Part shown: piece after piece, positions 1 to 14,010 of the stretch
Layout of the letters: each line of letters starts with the position of its first letter
How positions within the stretch are numbered: position 1 is the first letter of the stretch
NCBI RefSeq assembly: GCF_009914755.1
Contig: NC_060929.1
Source of the DNA: the human T2T-CHM13v2.0 reference genome, Homo sapiens
DNA length: 64,000 bases
Strand: one strand, 5' to 3'
Position numbers and translations under genes: made by a program
Notes under the pieces: generated by a model
Database searches by the model: none
What the model saw: only the letters and a program-made list of their open reading frames with translations
Told to the model about the DNA's origin: nothing

Positions 1-1356
1 TACCACGGGGACAAAATGTTCTTCCGAGCAGCTTGAAATGAGCATAATTTTGGAGAATTTCTGCAATAGCGAGTTAATTCATAATTGGGTTTGCTGAGCA
101 ATCAACAATGTGTTGCTTGTATTTTCATATGCTGGGAGCATATGACTCCGTGTGTGCACTGTGTGTGTATTATAATGCTCCAGTACTTTGATGCTTCACT
201 AATGTGCAATCTCTATTTCTTGCTTTTGTCTGGGGGCCTCTCATATTACGTTTAGATTGTATCCTTTATCATCCCAAATTGACATTTATGCTTTTACTTC
301 TATTGTTTCCCTAGCTTCTCCCTGGTATGGATCAACAATTTGTTTTAATCTGTGTCACTTCTCTTATCTCCCTCGACACAGAGGAGCAGTCATTTTGCAC
401 CGCCATCCGCCTACAGAGGTTGTGCTGTCGAGAGTGTGGTGGGGTCCCTCACCCTCTCCCCACTGTCTAAAGTGCTGGCGAATGTTAATTGCTTTTCCAG
501 TTAGTTTATAAGAATGCAGAAACCGCTGAATGCAGCTTGACTGGTTTTGATGAAAGTAATGGAATGCTAGTGCCTATGAATAAATAAATCTGATTTACAT
601 AGAGGACTATTGTGGTATTGGGTAGGAAGCCTCTGAATGCAAGCAAATTATAGTTTAAGGACACATTATTCCTTGGCTTTTATTCTAAGTAAAGGAGAAG
701 AGCTCAGGTTTCCTTGGGTTCCCAGAACGGGAGGCGAAGAGGTAACCCCTTGACCTAAGAGGAAAAATGCTTTCTGAGAGCAGCGTTGATCTGAAACTTA
801 AGGGGGATGCATTTTGTTTGGAGAGAAGCTGTAGATCTAGGTCTCACTTCCTGAAATCCCCTTACAGAAAGCATATAGAATAGCAAGTGGTGAAGAATTT
901 ATGAGAAGCAAACTGAAAATGTATGAGTGCCTATCAGAGTGCTTTGGTGAAATAACTGGAGAACACTCTTAGAGGAAGACGGGATCACAACTATTATGAC
1001 TATCACGACATCCAGTTTTATTTGTGTTTCCTAAATTCCCACAAGAGTGTGTGGCCACTAGAAATGGAATAAATCAAGACATTCTTTTTTTTGGACGAGA
1101 AAAGGCAAGTGTGGTAGAAGTAAGAGGACTCACATCAGGGCATCTGCATTTCGGAGTGCCTGAGGATTGTTCTGGGATGAGTCCATCTGGCAGGAAAGGA
1201 GATGGGAATAGAGAGGCTATGGGAGGCACAATTCAAGTAGATGCTCAGACTAAAAATGCAAAACTGCTACGTTTCAGAAGTGACCCTATTGGTGGCTTCT
1301 GATAAATGAATGAGGATTAAACGCCAAAATTAAATCACTTAAAAAATATTTGTATG

Positions 1357-1662
<306 letters not shown>

Positions 1663-1708
<46 letters not shown>
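1663..1708 (+). repeat. (CA)23 microsatellite replacing the Alu tail
   Basis: Uninterrupted CA run. Confidence 0.97.
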
Positions 1709-1710
<2 letters not shown>

Positions 1711-2649
1711 TAGCATGGGCAAGGTACTATTGTAGATGCTGAGGGCACAGCAGCAAATAAAGCCAAGTCCCAGACTGTGTAGGACACTTACATTCTCACA
1801 CCCAGCTCGCAGCAAATTATAAACTCTAAGGAGATAAATAATTGGGGGAGATCTTGAAACTTGACTACAGGCTTAACTGGGTAAGACTGCCAGAAAACAG
1901 GAACAGTTTTCTGTGTATTTAGTGCCATTCATAACATGACAGCATCCACAGTGACTAAGCAAACAGCCCAGAGGAGCAAGGGTGTGAGTTAGGAGTTGAG
2001 TAAGAATCAGCGACAATAAAAATGAACACCTGACATATTTTTCCCATTCTAGGGTCCTCTGTCTATAAATATGTTTGAAACTAGGTTATTATCCTCTCTC
2101 ACCCATGCTTATCTCCCAAATTCTTCTTAATCATTTCTCGGGTCCTGATGATATATTGATAGGCTATGGATTAAATATGAAATTACTGCAAATCTCAAGC
2201 ACCCAAAGATTTATGGACTGAGGCTTAGGCCTTATATCAAATCAACCATCTAAGAAAATATATGATTTCACCATAATATTAAAAATTACTGGCAGCGTCT
2301 TCATCTTATCCGATTGGTGTTGTCCTGATGATAAGCTCCAGTAAGCAGAGAGAGAAGTTGTGTGATAAATTATGGAACAGACATTGAAAAATATATTTAT
2401 TACATTTGGATGTGCAAGGATTTCACTCGCTGTGTACAGAAAAAAAGAGAGTTTGTGTTGTAACGCCTACTTTGGTTCCAAATATTCTACAGTCTCTAAA
2501 GACTAGCTGATCTTCCGTTGGCCTCATTCGCAGGAGTTGAGTTCCTAGATGGGAAAACTGTGTAGTGATTACAAATGAAAGTATTTGTTCTAAAAGTAAG
2601 AGTTTCCTGGTCAATGTGAAGAATATCCACAGAGAGGAGAATCTAGGTC

Positions 2650-2782
2650 CATGTTTCTCAAAGTGTGGTCTATGGACCAGCACATTGTCAGTCCCCGCGA
2701 GCTTTTGAGAAATGTATACTCCCTGAATTAAAGTCAGCCTCTTAACAAGACCCCCAGGTGGTACATAACTGTTTGAGAAATG
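2650..2782. mobile_element. MER5A-like hAT-Charlie DNA transposon remnant
   Basis: gtttctcaaagtgtggtc...ttaacaagacccccaggtg...tttgagaaa, with inverted ends. Confidence 0.7.
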
Positions 2783-2917
2783 AGAAAAACAAACTATGAT
2801 AGACGGGAAGCCAGACAGGAAGAGAGAAGTTCTTAATGTATCTCAGGGAGGGTGCTCGATGGGAGGCATGACAGAAATTATATTAATAATAAAAATAAAA
2901 CAATGAAAATCATGGTT

Positions 2918-3125
2918 AATGTTTATTAAGCACTTATGAACAGACATTGTACAAAGATTACTTGACCTCATGAAATCTTCATGAAGACAGCCCTGTGGGA
3001 ATACTAGTATTACCCCAACTTTACAAATACAAAGATGAAGGCTGAGAGGATTATAGAACTTTCTCTGGCTACCAAAGCTTGCAAGTAGCAGAGCCAGGAT
3101 GCACAATCACACTTATCTGATTTCT
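2918..3125 (-). mobile_element. MIR SINE
   Basis: Degenerate MIR core (attaccccaactttaca...gctgagagg...gtagcagagccagga). Confidence 0.7.
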
Positions 3126-3309
3126 TACACATTTCAGTGAAGTCTCATGAGTCAGAAACTCTAGTGGACAGGGCCAGCCATATTGGAGGGAAATGTTGAA
3201 ATATCAAGAAAAAAGAGTCATGAAGTAGGAACTGTCTTTGTACATAAGGAGAAAAGGAAAACTGGCAAAATGGTCTTTTAGGTTCTACTAGCATATGCCT
3301 CCCTTTGAA

Positions 3310-4030
3310 ATCCCCAGCTAGAAACCTGCAGTCATCCTTGGTTCTTCCTTTTCCTCATGACCCATATCCATGAGACTTCTGATTTCCATCATGTCCCCTC
3401 CTTAGTGTACACTGACTGTGTCCCTGGCTCTTGAAGTGCACCTGCTGTCGTAGTTCAGACTTCATCATCAGTAGCTGGGTCTTGAGCAACATCCTCCAAA
3501 TTGGCCCCTGCAGCTCCATAGTCTCCCTTTTCCAGCCCCTCTATCATGAATCACCATATCTCCCTAGAACCCAATTCAACCATGTTCCTTTTCTTTCTGA
3601 CTCTGTGCTAGATGCTGATAAAACACACATCCTGCCCTCAAGGAAGCAACAAGCCCAGGGAAAGTCCTCACACTCTGCCTTGTCTACCACTCCACTCCCA
3701 TCTCACCTTCCTCTCTCTGTGCTTGCACACATCACTCTTGTATTTGTCTTCATACATATCCCTTACAGGTGAGCAGAAATCAGGCGCAGTCCTTGGTTCT
3801 CAGCCACTTCCTGCTTCTCCTCAGTCACTCTCTTTCCACTGCCCAGGATGTTCCCTCCTCCTTAATTATCCTGTGAACACCAACCCATCCTTCAAGGGCC
3901 AGCTCAGCTGTGCCTGCCTCTTTGAAGCCTTGTCCTTAGCCTTACCTCGGTGTAAGCAGTCACTCCCTCCTCTTTCAGATCCATCAGCATTTGTCTTCCT
4001 TGTTTATTGCTCCTCCTAGACCAGGATGTA
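3310..4030 (+). mobile_element. Fragmented L2 LINE
   Basis: gaaacctgcagtcatccttg, ccttcaagggccagctcagctgtgcctgcc..gaagccttg L2-like motifs. Confidence 0.5.
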
Positions 4031-4192
4031 GATAGATTCCCATCATGTCCCTGGAACAAAGAAAGGGCAAGGAGACAGTAGAATGGCTTACAGGCCGAAA
4101 ACCTGAACTTTCAAACCTGTTTTTGGGTTTAAGACAGTTTAGATTCTTCCCCCCAGTGCCTCTGTCTCTTATACTCTAATCGAGGCCATGAG

Positions 4193-4501
<309 letters not shown>

Positions 4502-5959
4502 TTATAGAATGTTTTCAGGCTTTAATTTATGATCCAAGCACACCACCTGGTCTACCTGCCACCTCTGTGCCAACAGCCTTGTTTGCATCTGAATAGAAAT
4601 AGGATTAATTGATGCATAAATAATTTAAATTACCTGTATAATCTCAGAACCTCCGCCGCTGAGGTAGAAAGACGGCTTGGGTGACTTCAAATCAGAATTA
4701 TGTCCCCAGGGGATAGGTTGTCAGATTCAGTCCACACTTGAGGTCCTAGTCATGTCTGGTCTGCATGGTAAATGAATGCCACATGTATTAGCTCATTGAT
4801 TTCTCCTAGCAGCCCTGTAAAATAAATGTTTTAACTTCCATTTTACAAATAAGCAAATCAGGGCCCTGGATCTATTGAATACTCTGCCCACATAGCTCCC
4901 TCCTGCACTTGAAAGTGGGAGAGTTGGGCATTAACTCTCGGGAAGGAAGCCTAGTATCTCCCACTGTCTTATGTTGTCCCACCCAGAACGAACTCTCTTT
5001 CCCGGCCATCACCTTTCCGTCAAATGTTCTCAGGGTGCATGTGCGTTGAAATAAAGAGATAAGGTGTGACTGTCAAGCAGAAACATGCCAGAATAAGGCA
5101 TACATTAAAGTCTATCTTAATGCTTCGCAATTGTGCCCGTGGTGTGAGCATGCTTTTGTGTTTATATGTGTGACCAGTTGTCAGTGCTGACAAAGAGTGT
5201 CCAAGTCCCGGGTCTCCTTATTTCTGTTTTCTTATTGCTTAAATAGACCATATGGAGGACAGGATGCTTCATTTTAGCTCAGGGATCTGGTTGCATCGTC
5301 TCCCCACATCCAAACATCAGTCCCATATTTGTCTTCATGCATATTCCTTACAGGTGAGCAGAATCAGGTGCAGTTTTTGGCTCTCAGGCCCAGTTAGCTG
5401 AATACAGATGACACGCAAAGTGCTCTTGCTGACTCCTCTGTCAGTGTCGTGGGGACCAGCTCTGATCCATTTCTGTCCATGAGCGCTTGCCAGGAACCAT
5501 TCAGGCGAGTCAATAGGATGCCCATTGATGGGCCAAACGTTGTTTTTCTCGACAGGAGCATGCAGAGTAGGCAAGAATGTCCAACTGGCTGCGTCTGACC
5601 TGTCAGCCAATTTTTATCTCTCCAGGCAATAGCTTTAAAATGGTAAAATATCTGGAGTTCATGACATAGGTTAGCACTTCTTTCAACTCAAGGTGGCAGC
5701 AGCATGAAGAACGCATTCATCAAAACCAAAGGGACTCCACTGAAATGGATACATCAGAAACATCTGAAACTTATTTCCCAGCACCCTTTGTCAAAGTAAA
5801 GTGGGAGGACCACCTGCATTAGAAGCGCCTGGAGAGCTTGAGATTGCACGTCTTGTCTAAAGGTTCCACCTAGAGGCAAAACCTGGGGCTTTAATGAGGT
5901 CTGACTTCATGTCTAATCCATATTACAAAATGTGTCTCAAGATCCTCTTTCTACCATGC

Positions 5960-6644
5960 CTTCAGGTAGAAAGGGAAAAAACACTTAGGTATCATTTCAT
6001 AAGCCCCAGAATGCCTAAGATTACAAAGACTGAGAACACCAAATACTGGCAGGGATGTAGAGTACCTCACATACTCTACATGTGGTAGGTGTATAAACTG
6101 GTACAACCGTTTTGGAAAACTGTTTGACATTCTCTTATACAGTTAAACATATACCCAACAATCCCACTCATCAGTATTGACCCCCCAAATAAAAATATAT
6201 GTTCAACTGTAGATTTATGCGTGAATGTTCATGGCAGGTTTGCTTCTCAGTAACCCCAAGCTGGAAATAAATCAAACGTCTATCCACATGTGAATGAATG
6301 AACAGACTTGAATAGCATCATACAATAGAATACTATTCAGCAATACAAAGGAATAATCTACTGACAACTCAACAGCATGGATCAACCTCAAAAATGTTAT
6401 GCTGAATGAAAGAAGTCAGACATAAAATAGTACTTGCTTATCATTCCATTTATATAAGTTCAAAACATGTAAAACTAACTTATGATGATAGAAATCATGG
6501 GTGTGACCTCCAGAGGGTTGAGGATTACCTGGAAAGGGGCACGAGGGAACTTTCTGGAGTGGTGGAAATATTCTCTATCCTGAGAAAGCCGATAGTTACA
6601 TGGGTATATGTATTTGTCAAAACGTTTCAAATTATATGCTTAAG
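5960..6644 (+). mobile_element. Old L1M (L1ME/MD-like) ORF2 end and 3' UTR
   Basis: aaactggtacaaccgttttggaaaactgtttg, gaatactattcagcaatacaaagg, aaaactaacttatgatgatagaaatc. Confidence 0.75.
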
Positions 6645-7290
6645 ACACTGCTGGTGGGAGTGTAAATTAGTTCAACCATCATGGAAAGCAATATGGGGAT
6701 TCCTCAAAGAGTTAAAAGCAGAATTACCATTCAAGCCAGCAATCCCATTACTGGGTATATAACCAGAGGACTATAAATCATTTTATCATAAAGAGGCACG
6801 CACATAAATGTTCATCGCAGCACTATTCACAATACCAAAGACATGGAATCAACCTAAATGCCCATTAATGACAGATTGGATTTTTAAAATGTGGTACATA
6901 TACACCATGGAATACTATGCCGCCATGAGAAGTACAAGATCACGTCTTTTGCAGGGACATGCATGGAGCTGAAGGCCATTATCCTTGGCAAACTAATGCA
7001 GGAACAGAAAGCCAAATATCACATGTTCTCACTTATAAGCTGGAGCTAAATGATAAGAACTTATGAACACAACGAAGGAAACAACAGACGCTGGGGTCCA
7101 CTTGAGGGAATAGGGTGGGAGGAGGGAGAGGAGCAGAGAAGATCACTATTGGGAACTGGGCTTAACGCCTGGGTGATGAAATAATATGTACAACAAACTC
7201 CCAAGACACGTGTTTACCTATGTAAAAAACCTTCACGTGTACCCTCAAACCTAAAATGAAAGTTAAAAGAAAAATAAAATAAAAATAAAG
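6645..7290 (+). mobile_element. 5'-truncated L1PA (older PA13-16-like) 3' end
   Basis: ORF2 C-terminus (HCWWECKLVQP...PAIPLLGI), 3' UTR and A-rich tail. Confidence 0.9.
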
Positions 7291-7588
7291 TTCAGGGTTG
7301 AGTATGATGAACCTGAATACAATTTTTAGAAATAAAAATAGGAAAGAAAGACCCACGTAAAGATGAAAATGAAAATCACCTGTATTCTTCCCACACAGAA
7401 ATACTCCTCTTTATAAATTTTGTTGAATTCCTCTCTGTTGTTTTGCATATATATATATAATTAAATACTCCTCAACTTGTCATTGTAAAAGAAATGATTT
7501 CTATATGTAAACTTCCCCTTAGTTTTTAAAAAGCAGAGTGGGAGAGAAATGGGCATGGCTACAAAAGAGCAACAAGAAAGACCTTCTT

Positions 7589-7868
7589 AGCCAGGCAAGG
7601 TGGCTCATGCCTGTAATTCCAGCACTTTGGGAGGCCAAGGCGGACAGATCACCTGAGGCCAGGAGTTCGAGACCAGCCTGGCCAACATGGGGAAACCCTG
7701 TCTCTACTAAAAATCCAAAATAGTAGCTGGGCTTGGTGGCACACACCCGTAATGCTAGCTACTTGGGACGCTGAGGCAGGAGAATCGCTTGAACCCAGGA
7801 GGCAGAGGTTGCAGTGAGCTGAGATCACTGCCACTGCACTTCAGCCTGGGTGACAGAGTGAGATTCCA

Positions 7869-7869
<1 letters not shown>
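7589..7869 (+). mobile_element. AluS inserted into an L1MC-like 3' end
   Basis: Full dimer; aagacctt on both flanks. Confidence 0.95.

Positions 7870-7919
<50 letters not shown>
7870..7919 (+). repeat. (CA)25 microsatellite replacing the Alu tail
   Basis: Uninterrupted CA run. Confidence 0.97.
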
Positions 7920-7920
<1 letters not shown>

Positions 7921-8125
7921 GACCTTAGTGTCTTAGCGATGGGAGTTTTCTGTATGTTGACTGTGTCGACGTCAATTCCTTAGTTGTGATACTATGATAT
8001 CATTTTATAAGATGCTAGCTTTGGGGGAAACTGGACAAAGAGTACTTGGCATCTCTCTGTCTTATTTCTTACAACTGCATGTGACACTACAATTATCTCA
8101 AATTAAAAACTTTAATTAAAACACA
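7921..8125 (+). mobile_element. L1MC-like 3' terminus (5' part at ~7530-7588)
   Basis: ttgggggaaactgg...ttcttacaactgcatgtga..ctacaattatctcaaa. Confidence 0.7.
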
Positions 8126-9684
8126 ACAAAATTTGGTATTAACAGCTTGGAGTTTGATATTTTTAATTTTTAATTTTTTGGCCAGCTTCAGGTTTTAATT
8201 TGGACTTCTTGTAGGTAGCCCATTGTATTCGTGTGTATGCCTGCATTTGTGTGTGTGTGTGCACATACAAGTCTTATGGGAGAGAGAGAAAAACAGAGGT
8301 GTTTTAAAATTTACTTTGATTTTTGTTTTGATTTCCCCCACAGATAGGGGCTCATAATTTAAAAGTCACCCTTTCCATCAGGCTGGGTTCATCGGTCTAA
8401 AGTCAAAAATCTCTATGCCACTTTCTACTTCTTCCCAATGTTTTATAATTCCAAAGTGTCCTTGCTATACAAGGAGCCTTCTTCTTGAATGTTACATTAT
8501 TCTACTGACATTGTAGAGTGAATAGTGCCTGTGAGCATCTTGGCCACTGAGTTGGGGGAGATGTCAGCCACATGTGATTCTGCACATCTTCCAGGTAATG
8601 CAGCGGTGCTAATGTAGTCTCCTGGATGCAGGGACACCAACGGGGCTTATGTCACTCCCTTGGTGGCCTTAAGTGCATAAATCAATCCTTATTTTTATGC
8701 CAATCCATACAGAAGGCTTCCTTGTGTGTGCTGCACATAGGGAGGGAGGGCAGGATGCCTCCTTGAGCAAGTGGTTTGCATTCGAAGAAAGCAAGCAGTA
8801 TTGGAAACTGGTTTCTGGGTATTTTTGTTTCTTTATTTAAATCCCCTAGGAAGGCTGCTCTGGCTTGGACAGAACCAGAGTGAGGGGACTCATTAGCTGG
8901 AGTGAGGTTGGTGTCAGGAAAAAAACAGAGCTCCTGCCTTGGCTTGCCTGAGGTCGCAGGACGCCACCCTTGAGTCTCCATTTCTGGCCCGGGTCCTGAG
9001 TGCCTGCCCACCCTAACTCTAAAGCAGACCTAGCCTGGTGGAGCCTGCTATAGAGAGGCTGATGTTCTGAAATACATATGCCAACGATGATAAAGGCATA
9101 CTGTAGGAAGACTAAATGCTTTTTTGAAATTATTTTGGTAGGGAATCACCAGCATTATCCCAGTTAACCCAACAGTGTCCAGGAGGTGGGTTGATACAGT
9201 TTATTTCATTCAGCAAAAAGGAAAATCAGTTAATCACAACTCTTCCTCCTACTCTTCCTCCTCTCCCTCCTTCTTCTCTGGGGTATGGGGGCATAATAAC
9301 AATGGTAAGACAAATGTAAGAATTATCTTTGTCATTTCTTGTCTCTCCTATTGGCATTTCCTTACCCTCTCTAGGAGCCCCCGAAATGTCTATGGTTCCC
9401 ATTTCATTCTCACTCCAACATCAAAACCTATCAATTATATTCTCAAGGCCCTCAAAACCCCAAGTCTTAATAGGACATTGGATGACAATGAGTTTAATTT
9501 GATAACATGAAGCTTTAGCAAATTTGAAGACATTCATTTCCTCTAGGCCCATAAAGGATATTACTAACGTATCCCAGGCACCATGATAGAGCTGTGGGAG
9601 AGAGAGAGATTGTTAGGCAGATAGCTAGAGCTTTGGTCTTCTCAAAATTGCATCCAATGGGAAAACAGCACATTTAATTATTTA

Positions 9685-10050
<366 letters not shown>

Positions 10051-10070
<20 letters not shown>

Positions 10071-10214
10071 GAAGAAGAAAGAAGGAAAAAGAAAGAAAAA
10101 GAAAAGAAATAAAAGAAATAAAGGGAGGAAGGAAGGGAGGGAGGGAAGGAGAGAGAAAGAGAGAAAAAGAAAGAGAAAGGAAAGAAAGAAAGAAAAGAAA
10201 AAAGAAAGAAAGAG

Positions 10215-10277
<63 letters not shown>

Positions 10278-10427
10278 AAAGAAAGAAGGGAGGGAGGGAG
10301 GGAAGGAAGGAAAGAAGGAGGGAAGGAAGGAAAAAGGAAGGAAGGAAGGAAAAGGGAAAGGAAGGGAGGGATGGAGGGAGGAAGGCAGGCAGGCAGGAAG
10401 AAAGGAAGGAAGGAAGGGAGGGAGGGT
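10051..10427 (+). repeat. Compound polypurine tract: A(n), (GAAA)n, (GGAA)n, (GGGA)n
   Basis: ~375 nt almost exclusively A/G, including a long perfect (GAAA)n run. Confidence 0.97.
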
Positions 10428-11599
10428 GAAGATCAGGATGATTCCTAGACTGTTTAAAGAGCATTTGAGAAATGCCTCTTAGAGGATGTTACAGCCTATC
10501 TTGCTTGCCAATGAAATTGCCCTAGTCTAGAAAATTCTGAGTCTATGCAAAAGCATATGAGTTTCTATTATGTTACCATCAGAAGAAGATAGTTCCAGAA
10601 TACCCTGCACATTCCCTTTTCTTTCCATTTATCAAGTTCTGTTGAAGTCATCTGTCTCTCTTACTAAAGGACCAACTCCTCAAGGATAAGGACTATATTT
10701 TAGATATTACCATGTTATTAGCATCACAATCAGGCTCAGGCATACAATAGATGCTTCATAAGTGGCTGTTGAATTTATGGAATATTATTTCTGGGTCATT
10801 TTCCAGAAAGATTGCCCATAGAATGGCTTGTCAAAGAAGTGGACTCTGGACCTGAAGGACTCTAAGAGATGTTCCTCAGTGATCTTATTTCAGATTCCCT
10901 CGAATTGCTACATGGGAGAGTGGATTCTAATCAAGGTCAGCCATGAGCCACAAGCAAAAATAGAGACTGACAAAATTGGTAGGGGAAGAGTTAGGAAATT
11001 TTTCCTTATGGCTCAGGGCTATGTTTTCATGCAAGATAAGAGTTGTTGTGCCTCAGATAGGAGCACAAGTGAGCAGTTCAGCTCTGCCTCTCTGCCTTCT
11101 GTCCTCTTCATGCACCAATTCTCAAGACAACACTGTTATCTTGCCAGAAAATACAGCCCAAAGCATTACAGATGTCTGGTACAAGCGGAACCCATATTAA
11201 TGGTTATTGCTTAAAGAAGAGGCATGCTCAGATCTCTTTACTGCACTCCAGGGAAATCGCAGTTTTTACTTTCTTCCAGAGCAGACCAGAGATGTAAAAA
11301 GATCAATTGAGTTTGGCCTATCTCAGATAGAGGGGGCTTTCTTAGAGGTAATTTGAATGGTAGTCGTGACATGGCCTGAGACACATCCTCACAAATACAG
11401 ATTTCTTAACACTTATTATTTTTTTTAATCAAGGTGCTTAGGGATGCTTAGACATAAATGTTTCAGTTTTCTATAGGAACAAATAAGTTAGTGATAATAT
11501 ATGAAGAATCAATGAAGAATCGTTTTTAAAAAGGCATTTTTAGTGTCTGTTAACAATTGACTTATGGTTTAATTTAAATTAGCTGAGCTTTTCTTAGAA

Positions 11600-11601
11600 T
11601 T

Positions 11602-11640
<39 letters not shown>

Positions 11641-11850
11641 TTAGAGACAGGGTCTCACCCTGTTGCACAGGCTGGAGTGCAATGGCTTGACCATAGCTCA
11701 CTGTAGCCTTGACCTCCAGGAATTAAATGATCCTCCCACCTCAGCCTCCTGAATAGCTAGGACTACAGGTGCATGCCACTATGCCAGCTATTATTTTATT
11801 TTATTTTTATTTTTGTAGAGACAAAGTCTCACTACATTGCCCAGGCTGGT
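11600..11850 (-). mobile_element. 5'-truncated AluJ with (TTTA)n tail
   Basis: AluJ-type text (agagacagggtctc, tagctcactgtagcc); tagaatttt repeated on both flanks. Confidence 0.92.
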
Positions 11851-13500
11851 AGAATTTTTTTTAATTCTTAGCCAGTTTCTGACAGAGTGAATCATTTCTA
11901 AAGAAGAGAATTTTTTTTTTTTAAAAAAGCATGATTTCTTTTCAAGGTGCCATTAATGGAATTAAACTGAAAATGCATTAAATGACATTTAAACTAGCCC
12001 CAAAAGAGTTATTATTTTTGCTCTGATAGAAAATGCCCAATTTCAAACACTTATTAAGCAATGTGTGCACACCGTATAGTTGCATAAGGTTTACAACTTT
12101 GTCAGTGCCACCTTTAGCCAAGAGGAGTTATTTGCCTTTAATTCTTACAAAAAAGCAGAAGATCGCAAACTAGTGCAGCACCATTCTGACCATGCCTTAT
12201 GCTATAAGCTCTGGAAATAAGATAACACCCTTTGCCCCTTGAAAAGCATTGCCATTTGTAATCATCCCAAGTTTCCAACTATAGAGATTGTCAACAGCAA
12301 GAGGAACTTTTAAATTGGTTGCCTTTGATGAAAATGAAAATGTTATCCATGAAAAATCTCTAGGAAAATAAATTCAGGCCTGATTCCTGCTATGCAAACA
12401 GATATATACAGTATCACCCTGAATCAGCTTTTCTCATCAGAAATGGAGCTACTGTACTTTATTGTGATGTCAGAGATTGAACTGGGGTGAGAATGCACTT
12501 CTGATAATTAAGATCATATCGGGTTGGGAAAGCCTAATTCCTAACAGAAGATAAAGAGTCTCCTGATGGTATAGACTCAAAAGGCCTGTAAATTGGGCCA
12601 TATAATAGTCGTAGAATATTGGGATATGTTTGAAATTCCTTATTGCTGAAATGTGCAGATAATACCAGAAGGGAGAGCACCCCAACCCCATAAACCCATT
12701 GGAAAAAAAAAAAAAAAAAAACAAGAAACATCTCTTGGAGCAGGCAGGTGGTGTATCATATGTTCCCCGGGTGGAGAATGAGCTTCTTGCCTTTAAAAGT
12801 AATTGATTTTATAGCGAAACGTGTCAAGAGCACTGGTTTTCAAAATGATTTCGTTCATGTGTGTTGGGAAATAATATATACTGCTAATTGCTTCAGAAAT
12901 AGCTGGATTATTTAACTTTGGTTTTGATGGGATTTGGAAGGAAGATCTTGAGCCCTTATGCCTTTTCCCTTATCGCAGATTAATAGCTGTTTTGAAGCTG
13001 TGTCTACTTCTGCCGTTGCAGAGATGAAATCTGCATCCCCTCACTTTCTTGTGTAGGGCACTAGCTACAGTGTTCTTAGTTCAACCTCTATGAGTGTTCT
13101 AAAGATAGCAGTGTGACATTTCTGTTTCAATAAAGCCCAAATAGTAGGCGAGATATAAAACACCAGAGAAGAAAAAAGATATGTTTGCTGATTTCACCGA
13201 GGTCCGTATTGAGCTGCCTAGGTGAACAGTTGTAAGTCGGGAGTCTGACTGCAGGTGCAGGAGGGGGAGAGAGTGTTAACTTCTGTGAGGCATCATCTGT
13301 TGGCTGCTTAGCAGCACACATCTTGCTGCAATTCCATCGTGAAGGTCTCAGTCCCCTACAGACTAATGGTGAGTGGATGTAACATGGGACCTGCGAAAGG
13401 AAAGGTGGTTGTTTCTTGTTCTGTGGCTTTTCTCCTCAGTTGTGTCTTCAATGAGCTAAAGTGAATGTGCTGATTTACAGTCTGTATTTGCTCATGGTAG

Positions 13501-13776
13501 CTGTCTCATTATTAATTATTCAGGGTCTTCTTCCATCTTACACACATGTGTATGTGTGTTCATATGTATATGTATGTTTGAATGAATGAATGATGAAATA
13601 AACAGGCATAATTAGTAGGGTCGAATCGTTGTCCATGGTCAACACTAATTGACCCTACCAGTTATGCCTGTTTGTTTCATCTTTCATTCATTCAAACATA
13701 CATATAATATACAATAAACATACATACATATGTGTGTAAGACTGAAGGAGACCCTGTTGAATTAATAATGAGACAG
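13501..13776. repeat. Long imperfect palindrome (arms ~122/126 bp, ~85% identical)
   Basis: 13501-13622 is the reverse complement of 13651-13776; centre CCATGG at 13633-13638. Confidence 0.95.
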
Positions 13777-13825
13777 TGCCTGTACCTCTTCCTCCAGGAA
13801 GCCTTCCCTCATCCGCTAAGCCAAG

Positions 13826-14010
13826 AATCAGCAATTTTTTTTTCCTATGAAGATCCAGATAGAAAATATTTCAGGCTTCATTTTGTGAGCTGCACGCAGT
13901 CTCTATCACATATTCTTCTTTTTCACAATCCTTCAAAAATGTATAAAACATTCTTAGCTCGGCGGCTGAATGTGGTCCGTGGCCATCGTTTGCCCGTTTG
14001 CCAACCCCAA
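13826..14010. mobile_element. MER58-like hAT-Charlie remnant
   Basis: ccagatagaaaatatttcaggctt...aaaacattcttagctc...tttgccaacccc. Confidence 0.7.

Noticed and set aside
5866-5880. CTCF-like ccacctagaggca
   Set aside because: Mismatches at core positions of CCASYAGRKGGC; lies in a probable MER5 remnant.
7291-7520. Possible 3' transduction after the L1PA at 6645-7290
   Set aside because: No matching TSD found; downstream sequence looks like a separate old L1M fragment.
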